A DNA stretch of 64,000 bases, from contig JAJFGE010000012.1 of NCBI GenBank assembly GCA_021776295.1, forward strand, positions 11,101 through 75,100, given 5' to 3'. Of this stretch, positions 61,394 to 64,000 are shown piece by piece; the first letter of the stretch is position 1; every line of letters begins with the position of its first letter. Origin of the DNA: Hyphococcus sp. (lineage in GTDB: Bacteria > Pseudomonadota > Alphaproteobacteria > Caulobacterales > Parvularculaceae). The notes beneath the pieces are model-generated. The model worked only from the letters and a program-made list of their open reading frames with translations. It had not been told where the DNA came from and did not search any database. Made by a program: the position numbers and the translations under genes.

Positions 61394-63880
61394 ATGTCAC
61401 GTTTTGTTGCTTCGCCAAAAGGCGTCAAAAATATTACTCATCGGCGGATTTTATCTCGTCTTGCAATGACCAGCGCCGTTTCTGCGCTCACCATCTCAGC
61501 ATCGGCTGTAGTAGCGCCTGCTGCCGCCCAAGATGGAGCGGGTGCGGATGATACAATCGTCGTACTGGGCTCACGCAACTCAAAACCGCGCTCGGCAACT
61601 GATTCACCCGTGCCAATCGATACAATTTCCGGTGAAGATTTTAACAATCTCGCCAATACGTCAGATTTAACTGACAATCTAAAAGCGCTTGTGCCGTCAT
61701 TTACAGCAACGCCCGCGACAGGCGATGGCAGCGCGTTTATCCGCCCGACATCATTGCGGGGGCTAGCGCCGGACGAAGTACTAGTGCTCGTCAACGGTAA
61801 ACGGCGCCATCGCTCGGCGCTGGTGCAATTGTTTGCGCCCGCCGCGGGCAACGGCGCACATGGGCCTGATATTGGCATGATCCCGGGCGTCGCCCTCAAG
61901 CGCGTTGAAGTTTTGCGCGACGGCGCGTCTTCGCAATATGGCGCCGACGCGATTGCCGGCGTGATCAACTTTGTTACCCATGACGCATCACAAGGCGGTC
62001 AGGTGAATGCGCGTTATGGCCGTTTTTATCAGGACGAAGAAAGCTATGCCTTTTCCGGCAATATTGGTCTGCCGCTCGGCGATCGTGGTTATGTCAATAT
62101 TAGCGGCGAGTATGTCGATAATGAGGGCTTGTCTCGCGGTATTCAGCGCGCCAACGCACAAGCGCTCATTGACGCTGGCATACAAGGTGTTGGCGAGGAT
62201 GCACCGTTTGGCGATGCGCCGCTTGTACAATCCTGGGGCCGTCCGGAAACCGATGCATTAAGGCTCTTTGCATCCGCCGGATATGAACTCAGTGATAATG
62301 CGGAGCTTTATCTCTTCGGTAATTACACCGAAGCGGACGGGCGTTATCGTTTCTTCTATCGGAACGGCTATGACCCAAGCGCTGCTCCCGGCGACGCTCT
62401 CGAGTTTGGGCATCCGTCTATTGAGACGCTGCGTGGTTTGGGCTTTACCGGCTTGCAGCAAGGCTACACGCCGTTTCTTGACGGCGCCCAGACAGACTAT
62501 AGCATTTATGGTGGTGTTAAAGGCGTGTTCGGCCAAGGCATCTCTTACGATTTGAGCGCTGGATTTGGCTCTAACGAGCTTGACTATTTCCTCAATAATA
62601 CGCTGAATCCATCGCTTGGTCTTGTTGGCGGCCAGCCTGCGCAACGTGATTTTGATGTTGGCGGTTTGATGCAGGAAGAAATAACTCTCAATGCCGATTT
62701 CTCGGTTCCGTTGACCGAACAGGTCAACCTCGGTTTTGGCGGCGAGTGGCGTGAAGAAACCTTCACCGTTATCGCGGGGGAGCCGAACTCTTTCCTCGGC
62801 GAAGGCTCAAACGGTTTTGGCGGATTTAAAACGGCAGATTCCGGCGAATTCGATCGCAGCAATTATGCACTTTATGCTGATCTTGAGTATGATATTAGCG
62901 ATGATTTCTTGATTCAAGGGGCTTTGCGGTATGAAGATTTTACTGATTTTGGCGACACACTAAACTGGAAAATTGCAACCCGCTATAATATGACGGATAG
63001 CATTGCTTTTCGTGCTTCGGCCTCAACTGGCTTCCACGCACCGACGCCAGGGCAACAAAATCTTCGCTCAACGATCACCACATTTGATGGTTCAACCGGG
63101 CTGCAAACTCTCGAAGGCTTGGTCCCATCCACCAGCGCCGAAGCATTGGCTGTTGGCGGCGCGCCGTTACGAGAAGAGCAGTCAAACAACTATAGCGCGG
63201 GCTTTACTGCCGATATCGGTTCATCGACGAATCTCACCATCGATTTCTACCGGATTGAGGTCGATGACCGGATTTACCGCACCGGCGACATTGACGCCGA
63301 TGGCGATCCATCAACATCAGGGACAATTTCGTTTTACACCAATGCGCTTGATATCGTCTCGAAAGGGATCGACATCGTCTTGACCTCGGATTTTGACTGG
63401 TCAAACGACCTTTCAACTTCAGTTATTCTCGCTGCAAACATCAATGATTTTGACGTTACAGGTCAAACTTTGGTCGGCGGCATTCAACCGGTCAGTGATA
63501 GTCTGGTTGAGGATATCGAGACCAACTATCCAAGCTTCCGGTCGGTCCTGACGACCAACACCCGGATAGGTGAAAAATTGAACTTGATGGCGCGCGCCAA
63601 TTTCTATGGCAGCCACTTTGATGAACGCGGCACAATTGGCGCGGCTGTGGACCCATCGGCTAAAATCGGCGCGGAGATCTTTTTCGATCTGGAACTGGCC
63701 TACCAGATTACTGACAATCTGAAGTTCGCTGCTGGCGGCGTCAATATCTTCGATAACTTCCCGGATGAACTCGGCCCGCCAAATGCCAATCGTCTGAGCG
63801 TTGGCCTACAATACCCGCGCCGGACGGTCACAAACTATGAAGGCGGATCATGGTATGTCCGCCTCGGCTATGATTTCTAA
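61394..63880 (+). CDS. TonB-dependent receptor
   Basis: Signal peptide, DTIVVLGSR, LRGLAPDEVLVLVNGKRRH, YGADAIAGVINF, C-terminal RLGYDF. Confidence 0.93.
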   Translation: MSRFVASPKGVKNITHRRILSRLAMTSAVSALTISASAVVAPAAAQDGAGADDTIVVLGSRNSKPRSATDSPVPIDTISGEDFNNLANTSDLTDNLKALVPSFTATPATGDGSAFIRPTSLRGLAPDEVLVLVNGKRRHRSALVQLFAPAAGNGAHGPDIGMIPGVALKRVEVLRDGASSQYGADAIAGVINFVTHDASQGGQVNARYGRFYQDEESYAFSGNIGLPLGDRGYVNISGEYVDNEGLSRGIQRANAQALIDAGIQGVGEDAPFGDAPLVQSWGRPETDALRLFASAGYELSDNAELYLFGNYTEADGRYRFFYRNGYDPSAAPGDALEFGHPSIETLRGLGFTGLQQGYTPFLDGAQTDYSIYGGVKGVFGQGISYDLSAGFGSNELDYFLNNTLNPSLGLVGGQPAQRDFDVGGLMQEEITLNADFSVPLTEQVNLGFGGEWREETFTVIAGEPNSFLGEGSNGFGGFKTADSGEFDRSNYALYADLEYDISDDFLIQGALRYEDFTDFGDTLNWKIATRYNMTDSIAFRASASTGFHAPTPGQQNLRSTITTFDGSTGLQTLEGLVPSTSAEALAVGGAPLREEQSNNYSAGFTADIGSSTNLTIDFYRIEVDDRIYRTGDIDADGDPSTSGTISFYTNALDIVSKGIDIVLTSDFDWSNDLSTSVILAANINDFDVTGQTLVGGIQPVSDSLVEDIETNYPSFRSVLTTNTRIGEKLNLMARANFYGSHFDERGTIGAAVDPSAKIGAEIFFDLELAYQITDNLKFAAGGVNIFDNFPDELGPPNANRLSVGLQYPRRTVTNYEGGSWYVRLGYDF

Positions 63881-63914
63881 ACTTTAAAGTCACCGCGCTC
63901 AAAGCGCTAAAGGG

Positions 63915-63949
63915 AAATCGCCGGTTGATCCATTCAACCGGCGATTTTC
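63915..63949 (+). terminator. Intrinsic terminator
   Basis: aaatcgccggttga/tcaaccggcgattt perfect stem. Confidence 0.75.
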
Positions 63950-64000
63950 ATTGAGAGTACAAAGTGTCAGTATCGACTGCCGATACGAACGAGAATTTGT

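Overview
Chromosomal window of a GC-rich alphaproteobacterium. Gene order and protein style suggest a Caulobacterales/Parvularculales-like lineage (inference only). From left to right it holds: (1) the core block mutM-rpsT-dnaA-dnaN-recF-gyrB, with an unusually diverged DnaA; (2) a tRNA-Arg(CCG) followed by three tandem, covarying, tRNA-like structured units ending in CCA, then a GANTC-containing palindromic repeat; (3) an orphan hemC, housekeeping genes and rplU-rpmA; (4) a ~17 kb nucleoside/purine recycling supercluster (deoC, split ALDH16-like pair, ribokinase, nucleoside 2-deoxyribosyltransferase-family gene, ung, uraH-xdhABC-guaD, puuD, puuE-uraD-alc-allA); (5) a chemotaxis cluster whose cheR has an in-frame amber codon, with a multi-PAS receptor; (6) an accessory region with a Fic-gene remnant, a TonB/SSS/GH63/glycerate-kinase/ROK locus that looks built to scavenge glycosyl-glycerates, decayed IS3 elements, and a BKACE/aminotransferase/RpiR/TonB locus. 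All calls come from motif recognition by eye; no database searches or folding programs were run.
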